From assembly GCA_947487835.1 (NCBI GenBank), contig CANKXX010000004.1:173076-237075 (forward strand): a DNA stretch of 64,000 nt. The letters run 5' to 3'. This DNA comes from an uncultured Microbacteriaceae bacterium (GTDB lineage: Bacteria; Actinomycetota; Actinomycetes; Actinomycetales; Microbacteriaceae). A model generated the notes under the pieces. It was given only the letters and a program-made list of their open reading frames with translations. It searched no databases and had not been told where the DNA came from. This document shows positions 47,252-60,313 of the stretch, piece by piece. The stretch's first letter is position 1; each line of letters begins with the position of its first letter. The position numbers and the translations under genes were made by a program.

Positions 47252-47302
47252 CACCGCACGTGACCGCGCCCCTGGCAGACCGCTCATTCCTGGTGGCAGC
47301 AT

Positions 47303-47617
47303 GTGGGCATGGCGACCGAGGACGACGTGCGACGGATCTGCTCGACCCTGCCCGGGGTCACGGAGCGCCCGAGTTGGAACCGGCCCGCCTGGTTCGCGCG
47401 GACCCTCGTGGCCCGGATGTGGGACGACGACGTGCTGACCGTGAAGACGGAGGACCGGAACGCCCTGGCCGCGCTGTACCCGGAGATCTACTTCTGGACG
47501 CCGCACCACGACCGCTCGCCGCTGCTCGTGCTCGTGCGACTCCCCGCGGTTCCGCTGGACGAGCTCGAGCACCTCCTGCGGGACTCCCACCGCCTCGCAG
47601 GCCATCACGGTCCCTGA
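47303..47617 (+). CDS. MmcQ/YjbR family DNA-binding-fold protein
   Basis: Track ORF, 104 aa: ATEDDVRRICSTLPGVTERPSWNRPAWF. The stop TGA (47615-17) lies inside a family-1 repeat unit. Confidence 0.7.
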   Translation: MGMATEDDVRRICSTLPGVTERPSWNRPAWFARTLVARMWDDDVLTVKTEDRNALAALYPEIYFWTPHHDRSPLLVLVRLPAVPLDELEHLLRDSHRLAGHHGP

Positions 47618-47696
47618 GCCTGTCGAAGGGACGTCACGTCGCTTCAACAGGCCCAGCGACCGTAGGGGCTCAGCAACCGTAGGGGCTCAGCGACCG
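47604..47696. repeat. Family-1 hairpin repeat, locus F: forward C-type unit, reverse G-type unit, then two 17-nt partial tandem copies
   Basis: atcacggtccctgagcctgtcgaagggacg (47604-33); gtcgcttcaacaggcccagcgaccgta (47638-64); cgtaggggctcagcaac / cgtaggggctcagcgac (47661-94). Confidence 0.85.
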
Positions 47697-47697
47697 C

Positions 47698-47738
47698 GAG
47701 AAAGCACAGAGCCCGCCACCGTCCGGGACGGGGCGGGC
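47698..47738 (-). terminator. Intrinsic terminator of typA
   Basis: On the minus-strand transcript: GCCCGCCCCGTCC c GGACGG(u)GGCGGGC (13 bp, one bulge; + strand 47711-38), followed by UCUGUGCUUUCUC. It begins 24 nt after the TAG stop. Confidence 0.6.
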
Positions 47739-47761
47739 CCTGTGTGCGGGGGCGGGAAGCC

Positions 47762-49669
47762 CTACGCGTTCTGCTTCTTGAGGCGCGACGCCGAGCGGGC
47801 GCGGGCGTTCTGGTCCAGCTCCACCTTGCGGATGCGGATGGCCGTCGGGGTGACCTCGACGCACTCGTCCTCACGGGCGAACTCGAGGCACTCCTCGAGC
47901 GTGAGCCGGCGCGACGGGGTCATGCGCTCGAACGTGTCGGAGGTGGACTGACGCATGTTGGTCAGCTGCTTCTCCTTGGTGATGTTCACGTCCATGTCAT
48001 CGGCGCGGGAGTTCTCGCCCACGACCATGCCCTCGTAGACCTCCTGCGTCGGCTCGACGAAGAACGACATGCGCTCCTGAAGGGCGACCATGGCGAACGG
48101 CGTCGCGACGCCGCTGCGGTCGGCCACGATGGAACCGTTGCTGCGGGTCTCGATGGCGCCGGCCCAAGGCTCGTAGCCGTGCGAGATCGCGTTGGCGATG
48201 CCGGTGCCGCGGGTGATCGTGAGGAACTCGGTGCGGAAGCCGATGAGGCCGCGCGACGGGACGATGAACTCCATGCGCACCCAGCCGGTGCCGTGGTTGC
48301 TCATGCTCTCCATGCGTCCCTTGCGGGCGGCGAGGAGCTGCGTAATGGCGCCGAGGTGCTCCTCGGGAGCGTCGACGGTCAGGTGCTCGAACGGCTCGTG
48401 GGTCTTGCCGTCGATGGTCTTGGTGACCACCTGCGGCTTGCCCACGGTCAGCTCGTAGCCCTCGCGGCGCATCTGCTCGACCAGGATGGCCAGCGCGAGC
48501 TCGCCGCGGCCCTGGACCTCCCACGCGTCGGGGCGGCCGATGTCGACCAGCTTGATCGACACGTTTCCGACCAGCTCGCGGTCGAGGCGGTCCTTCACCA
48601 TGCGCGCGGTGACCTTCGAGCCCTTGACCTTGCCGACGAGCGGCGAGGTGTTGGTGCCGACGGTCATCGAGATGGCCGGGTCGTCGACGGTGATCGTCGG
48701 GAGCGGGCGGACGTCCTCGGGGTCGGCGAGCGTCTCGCCGATGGTGATGTCCGGGAAGCCGGCGACGGCGACGATGTCGCCGGGGCCCGCGGAGTCCGTG
48801 GGGTAGCGGGTGAGCGCCTTGGTGGCGAGCAGTTCGGTGATGCGCGCGCTGTGCACGCTGCCGTCGTGCTTGACCCAGGCGACGGTCTGGCCCTTGTTCA
48901 GCGTGCCGTGGAACACGCGGAGCAGGGCGAGGCGGCCGAGGAACGGCGACGCGTCGAGGTTGGTGACGTGGGCCTGCAGCGGGTGCTCGTCGTCGTACTT
49001 GGGCGCGGGCACGTGGGTGAGGATCGCGTGGAACAGCGGCTCGAGGTCGTCGTTGTCCGGCAGGGTGCCGTTCTCGGGCTTGTTGTCGCTCGCGGCGCCG
49101 TTGCGGCCGGACGCGTAGACGACGGGGACGTCCAGGATGGCGTCGAGGTCGAGGTCCGGCACGTCGTCCGACATGTCGCTCGCGAGGCCGAGGAGCAGGT
49201 CCTGGCTCTCCGCCACGACCTCGTCGATGCGCGCGTCGGGGCGGTCCGTCTTGTTGACGAGCAGGATGACGGGCAGCTTGGCCTCGAGGGCCTTGCGCAG
49301 CACGAAGCGGGTCTGCGGGAGCGGGCCCTCGCTCGCGTCGACGAGCAGCACGACGCCGTCGACCATGGACAGGCCGCGCTCGACCTCGCCACCGAAGTCG
49401 GCGTGGCCCGGGGTGTCGATGACGTTGATCGTGACGGGGCCGTGCTCGGCGAACGTGCCGTTGTAGAGGATCGCCGTGTTCTTGGCGAGGATCGTGATGC
49501 CCTTCTCACGCTCGAGGTCGTTCGAGTCCATCATGCGGTCCTCGCCCTCGAAGTGAGCGTCGAACGAGTTCGTCTGCTTGAGCATCGCGTCGACCAGGGT
49601 GGTCTTCCCGTGGTCGACGTGCGCGACGATGGCGACGTTCCTCAAGTTCTCGCGCGTGGCAAGCGCCAT
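47762..49669 (-). CDS. typA: Translational GTPase TypA/BipA
   Basis: Track ORF, 635 aa: [37 protein letters not shown]. Confidence 0.95.
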   Translation of the reverse strand: MALATRENLRNVAIVAHVDHGKTTLVDAMLKQTNSFDAHFEGEDRMMDSNDLEREKGITILAKNTAILYNGTFAEHGPVTINVIDTPGHADFGGEVERGLSMVDGVVLLVDASEGPLPQTRFVLRKALEAKLPVILLVNKTDRPDARIDEVVAESQDLLLGLASDMSDDVPDLDLDAILDVPVVYASGRNGAASDNKPENGTLPDNDDLEPLFHAILTHVPAPKYDDEHPLQAHVTNLDASPFLGRLALLRVFHGTLNKGQTVAWVKHDGSVHSARITELLATKALTRYPTDSAGPGDIVAVAGFPDITIGETLADPEDVRPLPTITVDDPAISMTVGTNTSPLVGKVKGSKVTARMVKDRLDRELVGNVSIKLVDIGRPDAWEVQGRGELALAILVEQMRREGYELTVGKPQVVTKTIDGKTHEPFEHLTVDAPEEHLGAITQLLAARKGRMESMSNHGTGWVRMEFIVPSRGLIGFRTEFLTITRGTGIANAISHGYEPWAGAIETRSNGSIVADRSGVATPFAMVALQERMSFFVEPTQEVYEGMVVGENSRADDMDVNITKEKQLTNMRQSTSDTFERMTPSRRLTLEECLEFAREDECVEVTPTAIRIRKVELDQNARARSASRLKKQNA

Positions 49670-49874
49670 AGTGTTTTTCCTTAGAAGATGGTGGTCCTGC
49701 GGAGCGTTGGCCGGCTGGACGAGAGTGGGCGGGCGTCCGTGAACACGGACCCGGCGTGCTCAGTCTACCCGCACGCACGGAATTCCCCCGGCGGGGAGCC
49801 GCCGTCGATGAGTTCAACCGCCGTGGCTCCCGATTTGTTCCCTCGCCCACGACATCGCCGCCGCGCACGACGAA

Positions 49875-49907
49875 GGGGTGCACGGTCCGAGACGGACCGT
49901 GCACCCC
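49875..49907 (-). terminator. Perfect 15-bp stem / 3-nt loop hairpin just 3' of the SBP gene fragment
   Basis: GGGGTGCACGGTCCG aga CGGACCGTGCACCCC, 27 nt after the fragment stop. It occupies the same position as the SBP-distal hairpin of the intact peptide operon (60314-60344). Confidence 0.5.
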
Positions 49908-49933
49908 TCCGATGGGAACGGATCGAACCGCGC

Positions 49934-50351
49934 TTACTCCGCGGCCCAGCCCACGTTCTGCCACTGCACGGAGCCGTACTCGAACTGGCTGGGTCCGTAG
50001 TTGACCAGCCCGTCCTTGACGGCCCAGGCGTAGGGCTCGAAGAACAGCGGGATCGTGCCGGCGAGGTTGATCAGCTTCTTGTCGATCTCGTTGGCCAGCT
50101 CGACGCGTGCCTCGGGGTCGAGCTCGGCGTTCGCGGCGAGGAAGTCCTCACCGAGGCTCTCGTCGGTGATGCCGCTGTAGTTCTGGCCGGAGTCGACCGG
50201 GTAGTAGATCGACTCGACGCTGGAGACCGGGAACGCGGTGCCCTGCCAGGCGAAGTACGTCGCGTCGAAGTCCTTGGCCTCCTGGGTGATGTACTCCGTG
50301 AAAAAGTCGTCCGTGGGAACGGTGTCGATCTGCACGTCGAAGCCGGTCTCG

Positions 50352-50352
<1 letters not shown>
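49934..50352 (-). pseudogene. 3' fragment (~138 codons) of a family-5 peptide/nickel ABC substrate-binding protein gene
   Basis: C-terminal end of track ORF 49934..51025(-): ETGFDVQIDTVPTDDFFTEYITQEAKDFDATYFAWQG...IPLFFEPYAWAVKDGLVNYGPSQF...WQNVGWAAE. There is no upstream continuation, because the DNA beyond about 50352 encodes an ATPase on the other strand. Confidence 0.6.
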
Positions 50353-51853
<1,501 letters not shown>

Positions 51854-51857
<4 letters not shown>

Positions 51858-52603
51858 GCGCGGCGTCGGAGGATCCTGGGTCAGGTGCGGGTGCGTCAAG
51901 GCGTCAGTCGGAGCGCATCGTGCTGCGTCCCGCGTCCGCGCTGTGGACGTTCGGCATCGTGGCCGCATTCGTGGTCTGGCTGTTCGCGGACGCCGTGCTC
52001 CGCGGCGCCACCGAGTTCGCGCTGACGGCGCTCCCCTGGCTGCTGCTCATTCTGTGGACCGTCTACGTCGTCATGCTCCGGCCGTGCGTCGCCCTCGGGC
52101 CGGACGGCATCACGATCGTCAACGTCTTCCGCAGGCACCGCATCGCCTGGTCCCTCGTCGACGACTTCACGACCCGCTTCTCGCTCCTGGTGAGGCTCAG
52201 GGATGGTCGGGCGATCCGGAGCTGGGGCGCCCCGTCGACCGGCATCGACCGCCCGTTCCAGACCGGCTCGCCGGACTCGCGCTTCGCCGCCCCGGAGTCG
52301 CCCCGGGCGGCCGGGGTGCGCCGCACCGGTCCGGGCGGGCTCGGAAGCGCGCCGCGCCGATCGCAGCCCACGATCGCCGGCATCATCGAGGGCGCCCGCG
52401 ACCGCTGGGACACCGACCCAGCAGCGCATGAGGTCGCGTCTGGTGGTGCCGCCTCTGCTCCTGCCTCTACTGCCTCGGTTGCCGCTGGTGCCGAATCCCG
52501 AGCGTCAGCGGTTGGCGGCAGGGAGCGGGTGTCGAGCTGGGAGTGGTGGTCGATCGCGGTGACGCTCGTACTCGCCGCGGCCTGCGCCCTCACCCTGCTC
52601 TGA
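51854..52603 (+). CDS. Membrane protein with a bacterial PH domain (CFP-6-like) and a low-complexity C-terminal half
   Basis: Track ORF 51725..52603. GTG 51854 overlaps the ATPase stop as GTGA. Two TM segments, then GPDGITIVNVFRRHRIAWSLVDDF...LVRLRDGRAIRSWG, and a terminal TM segment. Confidence 0.65.
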
Positions 52604-52650
52604 GCTCAGAGCTTTCCTGCATCCTGGTTCCCCAGGCCGGGCCGCCTCAT

Positions 52651-52836
52651 GTCCCTTCGACAAGCTCAGGGACCGTAGAGGTGCCGTCCCGCAGGCGAGG
52701 CGCCCCCGCTACGGTGTCCCTTCGACAAGCTCAGGGACCGGGGGCGTGACGATCGCGGAGGCGTTGCGGACCACATGCAAAGGGCGAGCAGGCGTGCGGG
52801 AGCCGCCCCACGGTCGCTGAGCTTGTCCAAGCGACG
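52651..52836. repeat. Family-1 hairpin repeat, locus G: two reverse C-type units and one forward G-type unit
   Basis: gtcccttcgacaagctcagggaccgta (52651-77); gtcccttcgacaagctcagggaccg (52716-40); ccacggtcgctgagcttgtccaagcgacg (52808-36). Confidence 0.85.
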
Positions 52837-52865
52837 CGACGTTCCTCTCGATCCGAACGGTCCTG

Positions 52866-54263
52866 CTAGAAGGGCGGCTCGTCCGGTGTCGGTGGTCGCG
52901 ATCCCTGCACCTGAAGTCGCTTCCGCTTCCGTGGCCCGATGGGCGTCGCCGGTGTCGTCTCGTACTCGTGTCCACTCGGCGCCAGCCAGCGCACCCTCCC
53001 GCTCCCCGCCGAGGTGGAGGACCACGCCGTGTGGTGCTTCACCCGGTGGTGAGACCGGCACAGATGCACGAGGTTCCCGTAGTCGGTGCCGCCTCCGTAC
53101 TGCCAGTCGGTCACGTGGTCGACGTCCGCCCGGCCGGCGTTTCGGTTGCAGCCCGGGAAGCGGCAGGTCTCGTCCCGCACCCGCAGCCACGTGCGGAGGT
53201 CCTTCGGCACCGCGTACCGATCCCGACCCACGGAGAGCACCGCTCCGGTCTCGGGGTGCGTGAGGATGCGGGTGAAGCTCGGCGCCCTCGCCGCGATGCG
53301 TCGGGCGGTGTCCGCGTCGACGGGGCCGTAGCCCTCGAGCGTGCCCGGCTCCTCGGATCGACCGAGGAGCGTGAGCACCGGAACCGTGACGAGGACCCGC
53401 GGGCGGATGCCGACTCCGATCGGTGCGTCGATGCGCCGATCGGACTTCTCCTCGGCAGCCTCGCCGCTATCCCCGGAGTGCGGGTCCGGCGCGGCCGTCG
53501 TGACGCCATCGAGAAGGAGGTCCGTGAACGCGTCCGCCATGAGCTGCGTCCGCGTCCGTTCCTCCCCTGGCTCGCGCGTGAGCTGCTCCGCGATGTCCCG
53601 CAGCCGGTTCTCGATGCCCAGAACCTCCGGCGCAGGAAGGAAGGCGTTCAGCCAGGCCATGCCGTCCCTCGCCGGGCACGTCTCGATGCGACGGCCGGCG
53701 ACCGACTTCGTGTGCCGCTCCTCGATCGACTCCGGGTGCAGACGCTCCCGCAACTCGCGAGCGGCACGGTCGAGCTTGGGAACCGTGAGGTGCTCGGCCT
53801 TCGGGAGCACCGCCTCCTCCACCGCCGCCACGCCGGCAGGCGGGAGCGTGGCCGTGTGGTCGATGAGGACCTGGGCGTGCCGGTAGCCGATCCGGCCACC
53901 GCGAAGGGCGTCATGAGTCGCGGGCAGGTCGTGGAGAAGCGCGCTGCTCTCGGCGACGAGGTTCTCTGCTGCGCGCTCGGAGATGCGGAGGGCGCAAGCG
54001 AGTTCGGTCACCAACACGCGGCGGCCCGCCACCTCGGGCGACCAGCGAGGCCCGCCCGTGGTGGGAACGGAGAGGTCGGTCGCCTCGGTCCAGAGTCGAG
54101 CGCGATCGATCGCCTCCGCGCGCAAGGCGTGGGCGAAGCGGGTGATGCGCTCCGCGGCCGTGACGGCGTCGATCATCGCGGAAAAGGTGTCCGCCACGGC
54201 CGTCGAAAGCGGTGGCGGGGTGTCGGGTGGGTTCGGGTCTGGTGGGAACGTCGCTGTTTCCAT
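52866..54263 (-). CDS. DUF222 domain / HNH endonuclease protein (13E12-repeat-family-like)
   Basis: Track ORF 52866..54446; start moved to ATG 54263 (METATFPP). CRFPGCNRNAGRADVDHVTDWQYGGGTDYGNLVHLCRSHHRVKHH is an HNH motif. The N-terminal alpha-helical DUF222-like region includes RISERAAENLV. Confidence 0.85.
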   Translation of the reverse strand: METATFPPDPNPPDTPPPLSTAVADTFSAMIDAVTAAERITRFAHALRAEAIDRARLWTEATDLSVPTTGGPRWSPEVAGRRVLVTELACALRISERAAENLVAESSALLHDLPATHDALRGGRIGYRHAQVLIDHTATLPPAGVAAVEEAVLPKAEHLTVPKLDRAARELRERLHPESIEERHTKSVAGRRIETCPARDGMAWLNAFLPAPEVLGIENRLRDIAEQLTREPGEERTRTQLMADAFTDLLLDGVTTAAPDPHSGDSGEAAEEKSDRRIDAPIGVGIRPRVLVTVPVLTLLGRSEEPGTLEGYGPVDADTARRIAARAPSFTRILTHPETGAVLSVGRDRYAVPKDLRTWLRVRDETCRFPGCNRNAGRADVDHVTDWQYGGGTDYGNLVHLCRSHHRVKHHTAWSSTSAGSGRVRWLAPSGHEYETTPATPIGPRKRKRLQVQGSRPPTPDEPPF

Positions 54264-54345
54264 GCCAACAGTGAACCAGGCACCACCGACATCACCTTTC
54301 CGCCCGGGGTGGGGGTGTGGAGAACCTCTAAGGGTGGATTTCGTG

Positions 54346-54373
54346 CGTCCCCTCGACAGGCTCAGGGACCGTG
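54346..54373. repeat. Family-1 hairpin repeat, locus H (single reverse unit)
   Basis: cgtcccctcgacaggctcagggaccgtg, 83 nt upstream of the HNH gene start. Its orientation is inverted relative to the unit at 52808-36. Confidence 0.8.
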
Positions 54374-54426
54374 TCAATCTCGTTCGGGTAGGTCGCCGTA
54401 TGAACCGACATCCTCGGCCCTTGCGG

Positions 54427-54456
54427 TGACACCATAGTGGTGTCATAGTGACGTCA
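54427..54456. promoter_or_regulatory. Cluster of dyad symmetries in an AT-richer patch upstream of the DrrAB-like ABC exporter
   Basis: TGACACCA tag TGGTGTCA (54427-45, 8-bp arms), then the perfect palindrome TGACGTCA (54449-56). CATAGTG is repeated at 54433 and 54444. The cluster lies about 165 nt upstream of ATG 54620. No regulator gene is adjacent in the window. Confidence 0.3.
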
Positions 54457-54619
54457 TCGTATCAACGCCCCGAGGTTCGCTCTCGGGACCGTCCCTCTTC
54501 CGGCGGTCGGCGCCTCATCTCTCGGCCCGCTCGCCTGGCCCCTCTCGCCCATCCCCCTGGGCAGCGGCAGCACCCACACCGCACCCTCTCCCACCCCGAA
54601 CGAAGGGACACCACCACCC

Positions 54620-55564
54620 ATGAGCACTGCAGCGATCGACGCGCGCGGGCTGAGGAAGTCGTACGGGCCGAAAGTCGTGCTCGACGACGTCGACCTCGTC
54701 GTCGGCGCCGGTACGGTGACGGCGCTGCTCGGCCCCAACGGTGCCGGCAAGACGACCATCATCAACATCCTGTCCACGCTGATGCGGGCCGACGCCGGCT
54801 CGGCCACCGTCGCCGGGTCGGACGTGGCACGTGACCCGGACGGCGTCCGCGCCGCCATCGGCCTCACCGGCCAGTTCTCCGCGGTCGACGGCCTGCTGAC
54901 CGGCGAGGAGAACCTCCTGCTCATGGCCCGGCTGCGGCACCTCGGCGCGAAGCGCTCCAAGGCGCGCGTGGCGGAGCTGCTCGCGCAGTTCGACCTCGCC
55001 GAGGCCGCTCGAAAGCCCCTCGCGACCTACTCGGGCGGGATGCGGCGCCGGCTCGACCTGGCGATGACCCTCGTCTCCACGCCGAGCGTGATCTTCCTCG
55101 ACGAGCCGACCACCGGGCTCGATCCGCGCAGCCGGCACACTATGTGGGACATCGTCCGCGGACTCGTCGCGGACGGCACGACGGTGCTGCTGACCACCCA
55201 GTACCTCGACGAGGCGGACGAGCTCGCGGACCGCATCGCGGTGCTCGACGGCGGCCGCATCGTGGCCGAGGGCAGGCCGGACGAGCTCAAGCGGCGCGTG
55301 CCCGGCGGTCACGTGCGACTGCGGTTCGCGGACGCCGCGGCCCTCGATTCCGCCGCCCGCCTCTTCCCCGCGACGAGCCGGGATGACGCGGGCCTCGCCC
55401 TCACCGTGCCCACGGAGACCGGCGTCGGCGCCCTGCGCGCCCTGCTCGACCGCCTCGACCGGGCAGACCTCGAGGTCGACGACCTCAGCATCCACACCCC
55501 CGACCTCGACGACGTGTTCTTCGCGCTCACCGGCCGGGCCGACACGAAGGGACCCGCGTCATGA
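54620..55564 (+). CDS. ABC transporter ATP-binding protein (DrrA/daunorubicin-resistance type)
   Basis: Track ORF, 314 aa: LLGPNGAGKTT, YSGGMRRRLDLA, IFLDEPTTGLD. Confidence 0.9.
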   Translation: MSTAAIDARGLRKSYGPKVVLDDVDLVVGAGTVTALLGPNGAGKTTIINILSTLMRADAGSATVAGSDVARDPDGVRAAIGLTGQFSAVDGLLTGEENLLLMARLRHLGAKRSKARVAELLAQFDLAEAARKPLATYSGGMRRRLDLAMTLVSTPSVIFLDEPTTGLDPRSRHTMWDIVRGLVADGTTVLLTTQYLDEADELADRIAVLDGGRIVAEGRPDELKRRVPGGHVRLRFADAAALDSAARLFPATSRDDAGLALTVPTETGVGALRALLDRLDRADLEVDDLSIHTPDLDDVFFALTGRADTKGPAS

Positions 55565-56412
55565 CCACCCTGAACACCGAGCTGCCGACCGCGCCGCGGC
55601 GAGTGGCGCCCCGCACCCGACGTCAGTCGCACGTCGTCGCGGACTCCGTCACCATGCTGCGGCGCAACCTCCTGCACATCGTGCGGTACCCGGGCCTCAC
55701 GATCTTCGTGATCGGGGCACCCGTGATCTTCCTGCTGCTCTTCGTGTTCGTCTTCGGCGGCACGCTCGGCGCGGGCCTCCCGGGCGTGGACCCCGCCGGC
55801 GGTCGCGAGGCGTACCTGGCGTACGTGAAGCCCGGCATCCTGGTGATGACCATCGCCGGCACCGCGGGCGGCGCCGCCACGACCGTCGCCATGGACATGA
55901 CCGAGGGCATCACGGCGCGCTTCCGCACCATGGCGATCTCCCGCGCGGCGGTGCTCACCGGGCACGTGCTCGGCAACACCATCCAGGCGTTCATCGCCGT
56001 CGCGGTGGTGCTCGCGGTCGCCCTGCTCGTGGGATTCCGTCCGTCGGCCACGCCCGGCGAGTGGCTCGCCGCCGTCGGCCTGATCGCGCTCATCGCGTTC
56101 GCGATCAGCTGGGTGGCGATCGGGATGGGGATGCAGGCCAAGTCGGTGGAGACCGCGAGCAACCAGCCGCTCCTGTTCCTCCTGCTGCCCTTCATCGGCA
56201 GCGGCTTCGTGCCCACGGAGTCGATGCCGGCCTGGCTGCAGGGCTTCGCGCAGTACCAGCCGTTCACGCCCTTCATCGAGACGACCCGCGGCCTGCTGCT
56301 CGGAACGCCGCTCGACTGGTACCCGCCGTTCGCGATCGGCTGGTGCATCGTGCTCGCGATCGGCGGCTACGTCTGGTCGCGGGCGATCTACGAGCGGAAG
56401 TCCGTGCGCTGA
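55561..56412 (+). CDS. ABC-2 type exporter permease (DrrB-like)
   Basis: Track ORF, 283 aa. Six TM segments. ATGA overlap with the ATPase gene. Confidence 0.85.
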   Translation: MTTLNTELPTAPRRVAPRTRRQSHVVADSVTMLRRNLLHIVRYPGLTIFVIGAPVIFLLLFVFVFGGTLGAGLPGVDPAGGREAYLAYVKPGILVMTIAGTAGGAATTVAMDMTEGITARFRTMAISRAAVLTGHVLGNTIQAFIAVAVVLAVALLVGFRPSATPGEWLAAVGLIALIAFAISWVAIGMGMQAKSVETASNQPLLFLLLPFIGSGFVPTESMPAWLQGFAQYQPFTPFIETTRGLLLGTPLDWYPPFAIGWCIVLAIGGYVWSRAIYERKSVR

Positions 56413-56489
56413 GAGCCGGTGCGGGATCCGTGAGGCGACCGGCCCCGGCCGGGCTCACGACCCCCGGACCCGCACCCAGACCCGAAACG

Positions 56490-56556
56490 CCCCTGCCCAG
56501 GCAGAAGGATCGTGCGCAGCTAATAGCTGGGCAGGATCCTCCTGCCTGGGCAGAGG
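56490..56556. repeat. Family-2 nested palindrome, locus P3 (19-23-19 module)
   Basis: CTGCCCAGGCAGAAGGATC (56493-511), GTGCGCAGCTAATAGCTGGGCAG (56512-34), GATCCTCCTGCCTGGGCAG (56535-53). The arms pair at 18 of 19 positions. It lies between convergent gene ends. Confidence 0.8.
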
Positions 56557-56604
56557 CGTTGATGGGGTGGCCGGGGAGGACCGACGGGCGACCCGGGCCC
56601 GGGG

Positions 56605-58352
<1,748 letters not shown>

Positions 58353-58356
<4 letters not shown>

Positions 58357-59303
58357 CGGCGGGCCCTCGCCTTCGGGTCGAGGGCGTCGCGCACGACATC
58401 ACCGAGCATCAGGAAGGAGAGCACGGTGAGCGACAGCGCGGCCGCCGGGTAGAAGAGGACCATCGGCGCGGTGGCCACGGAGACCCGGGCCTGGCCGATG
58501 TCGTTGCCCCACGACATGATGCTCGGCGGGAGGCCGATGCCGAGGAACGACAGGGTGGCCTCCGCGACGATGAACGTGCCGAGCGAGGTCGTGGCGACCA
58601 CGATGACCGGCGTGATGGCGTTCGGCACGACGTGGCGCACGAGGATGCGGAAGCGCGAGACGCCGAGCGCGACGGACGCGGTCACGTAGTCGGCGTTCCG
58701 CGCGGAGAGCACGGCGCCGCGCGTGATGCGGGCGACCTGCGGCCAGGCGAACACGGCGAGCACGAGCGCGACGGTCCAGGGCTCCCGGACCGGCAGCACC
58801 GACATGAGCACGATGGCGCCGAGCACGGTGGGGATGGCGAAGAAGATGTCGCCGATGCGGGAGACGATCGAGTCGAGCAGGCCGCCGTAGTAGCCCGCGA
58901 GGGCCCCGATGACGAGACCGACGACGGTCACGATCGCCGTGGCGAGCAGGCCGACCGTGAGCGACGCCTGAGCGCCGTAGACGACCCGCGCGAACACGTC
59001 GCAGCCCTGGCGGGTGAAGCCGAAGATGTGCCCGGCCTCCGGTGCCCCGTTGCTGTTCGGCAGCAGGCAGCCGCGCGCCGGGTCGGTGTGCGAGAACAGG
59101 CCGGGGAAGGCCGCGACGGCGACGATGACGAGGATGAGCACGGCGGAGATCCAGAACATCGGACGCTTGCGCATCGAGTCCCAGGCGTCGGACCAGGTGC
59201 TGCGCGCCTTCTGCGTCTCGTCGACCTGGTCGACCGCGGCGACCGGCGTCTCGTCGAGGTCGGCGACGTAGTGGCCGGCCGAGGGGACGGTGTTACTTGG
59301 CAT
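58353..59303 (-). CDS. Peptide ABC transporter permease (DppC/OppC-like)
   Basis: Track ORF 58353..59342; start moved to ATG 59303 (MPSNTVPSAG), overlapping the upstream permease by 11 nt. ATGA-type overlap with the ATPase gene. Confidence 0.85.
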
Positions 59304-60222
59304 AGCGGATCCTCGGGTCGAGCAGTGCGTAGAGCAGGTCAACCAGCAGGTTGGCGAGCATGTAGACGATGACCATCACGGCCACGAAGGACACGACCGT
59401 CGGTCCCTCGCCGCGGATCACGGCCTGGTAGACCGTGCCGCCGACGCCGTTGATGTTGAAGATGCCCTCGGTCACGATGGCGCCGACCATGAGGTTGCCG
59501 ACGTCGACGCCGAGGAAGGTCACCACAGGGATGAGCGAGTTGCGCAGCACGTGCACGGTCACGACGCGGCGGCGGGGAAGGCCCTTCGCCGTCGCGGTGC
59601 GCACGAAGTCGGCGCCGATGTTGTCCGCGACGCTCGCGCGGGTGAGGCGCACGATGTAGGCGAACGAGACGCTCGCGAGCACGAGGGCGGGCAGGACCAG
59701 GTCCTGGATGGGCGCACCCGGCCCGGCCGTCGTGCGGAACAGGCTGAACTCGACGGCGAGGAAGTACTGCAGCACGAAACCCAGCACGAACGTGGGCACC
59801 GAGATGAGCAGGAGGCTCACCACGAGGGCGCTCGCGTCGAAGAGCCTGCCCTTGCGCAGGCCGGCGATGAGGCCGACCAGGATGCCGGCGATGGCCTCGA
59901 ACGCCAGGGCGAGCATCGCCAGGCGGAAGGTGATGGGGAAGGCCTGCACGAGCAGATCCCAGACGGGACGGCCCGAGTACGTGGTACCGAAGTCGCCCGT
60001 GAGGATGCCGCCGATGTACAGGAAGTACTGCACGATGAACGGTTCGTCGAGGTTGTACTGCTCGCGGATGGCCTCGATGACGCCGGGGGCCGGGGGACGA
60101 TCGCCGAACAGGGCGGCGATCGGGTCGCCCGGCAGCGAGAAGACCATGAAGTAGATGAGGAACGTCGCGCCGAAGAAGACTGGGATGAGCTGGAGCAGAC
60201 GCCGCCCGATGTACCAGAGCAT
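59293..60222 (-). CDS. Peptide ABC transporter permease (DppB/OppB-like)
   Basis: Track ORF, 309 aa: MLWYIGRRLLQLIPVFFGATFLIYFMVF, with the conserved ATAKGL loop. Confidence 0.9.
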   Translation of the reverse strand: MLWYIGRRLLQLIPVFFGATFLIYFMVFSLPGDPIAALFGDRPPAPGVIEAIREQYNLDEPFIVQYFLYIGGILTGDFGTTYSGRPVWDLLVQAFPITFRLAMLALAFEAIAGILVGLIAGLRKGRLFDASALVVSLLLISVPTFVLGFVLQYFLAVEFSLFRTTAGPGAPIQDLVLPALVLASVSFAYIVRLTRASVADNIGADFVRTATAKGLPRRRVVTVHVLRNSLIPVVTFLGVDVGNLMVGAIVTEGIFNINGVGGTVYQAVIRGEGPTVVSFVAVMVIVYMLANLLVDLLYALLDPRIRYAK

Positions 60223-60313
60223 CAGATGCTGGCACCGAAGATCGGAAGCATGGGGATCACATTCTTGTGTGGAGTGAAGGTTTTTCCTTGTGGGAAATGC
60301 GGGATTTCACCGC

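Noticed and set aside
52666-53190. Short ORFs crossing repeat loci (for example 52543..52749, 52709..52975, 47644..47874, 10359..10799), which translate to SLSLSKG, FDKLRDR or LRQAQGP peptides
   Set aside because: The recurring peptides are simply the repeat units read in different frames. The ORFs have no start context and overlap better-supported genes.
54448-54834. 128-aa ORF starting in the dyad region upstream of the DrrA-like gene
   Set aside because: It overlaps the well-supported ABC ATPase in another frame, and its sequence is Arg/Pro/His-rich with no motifs.
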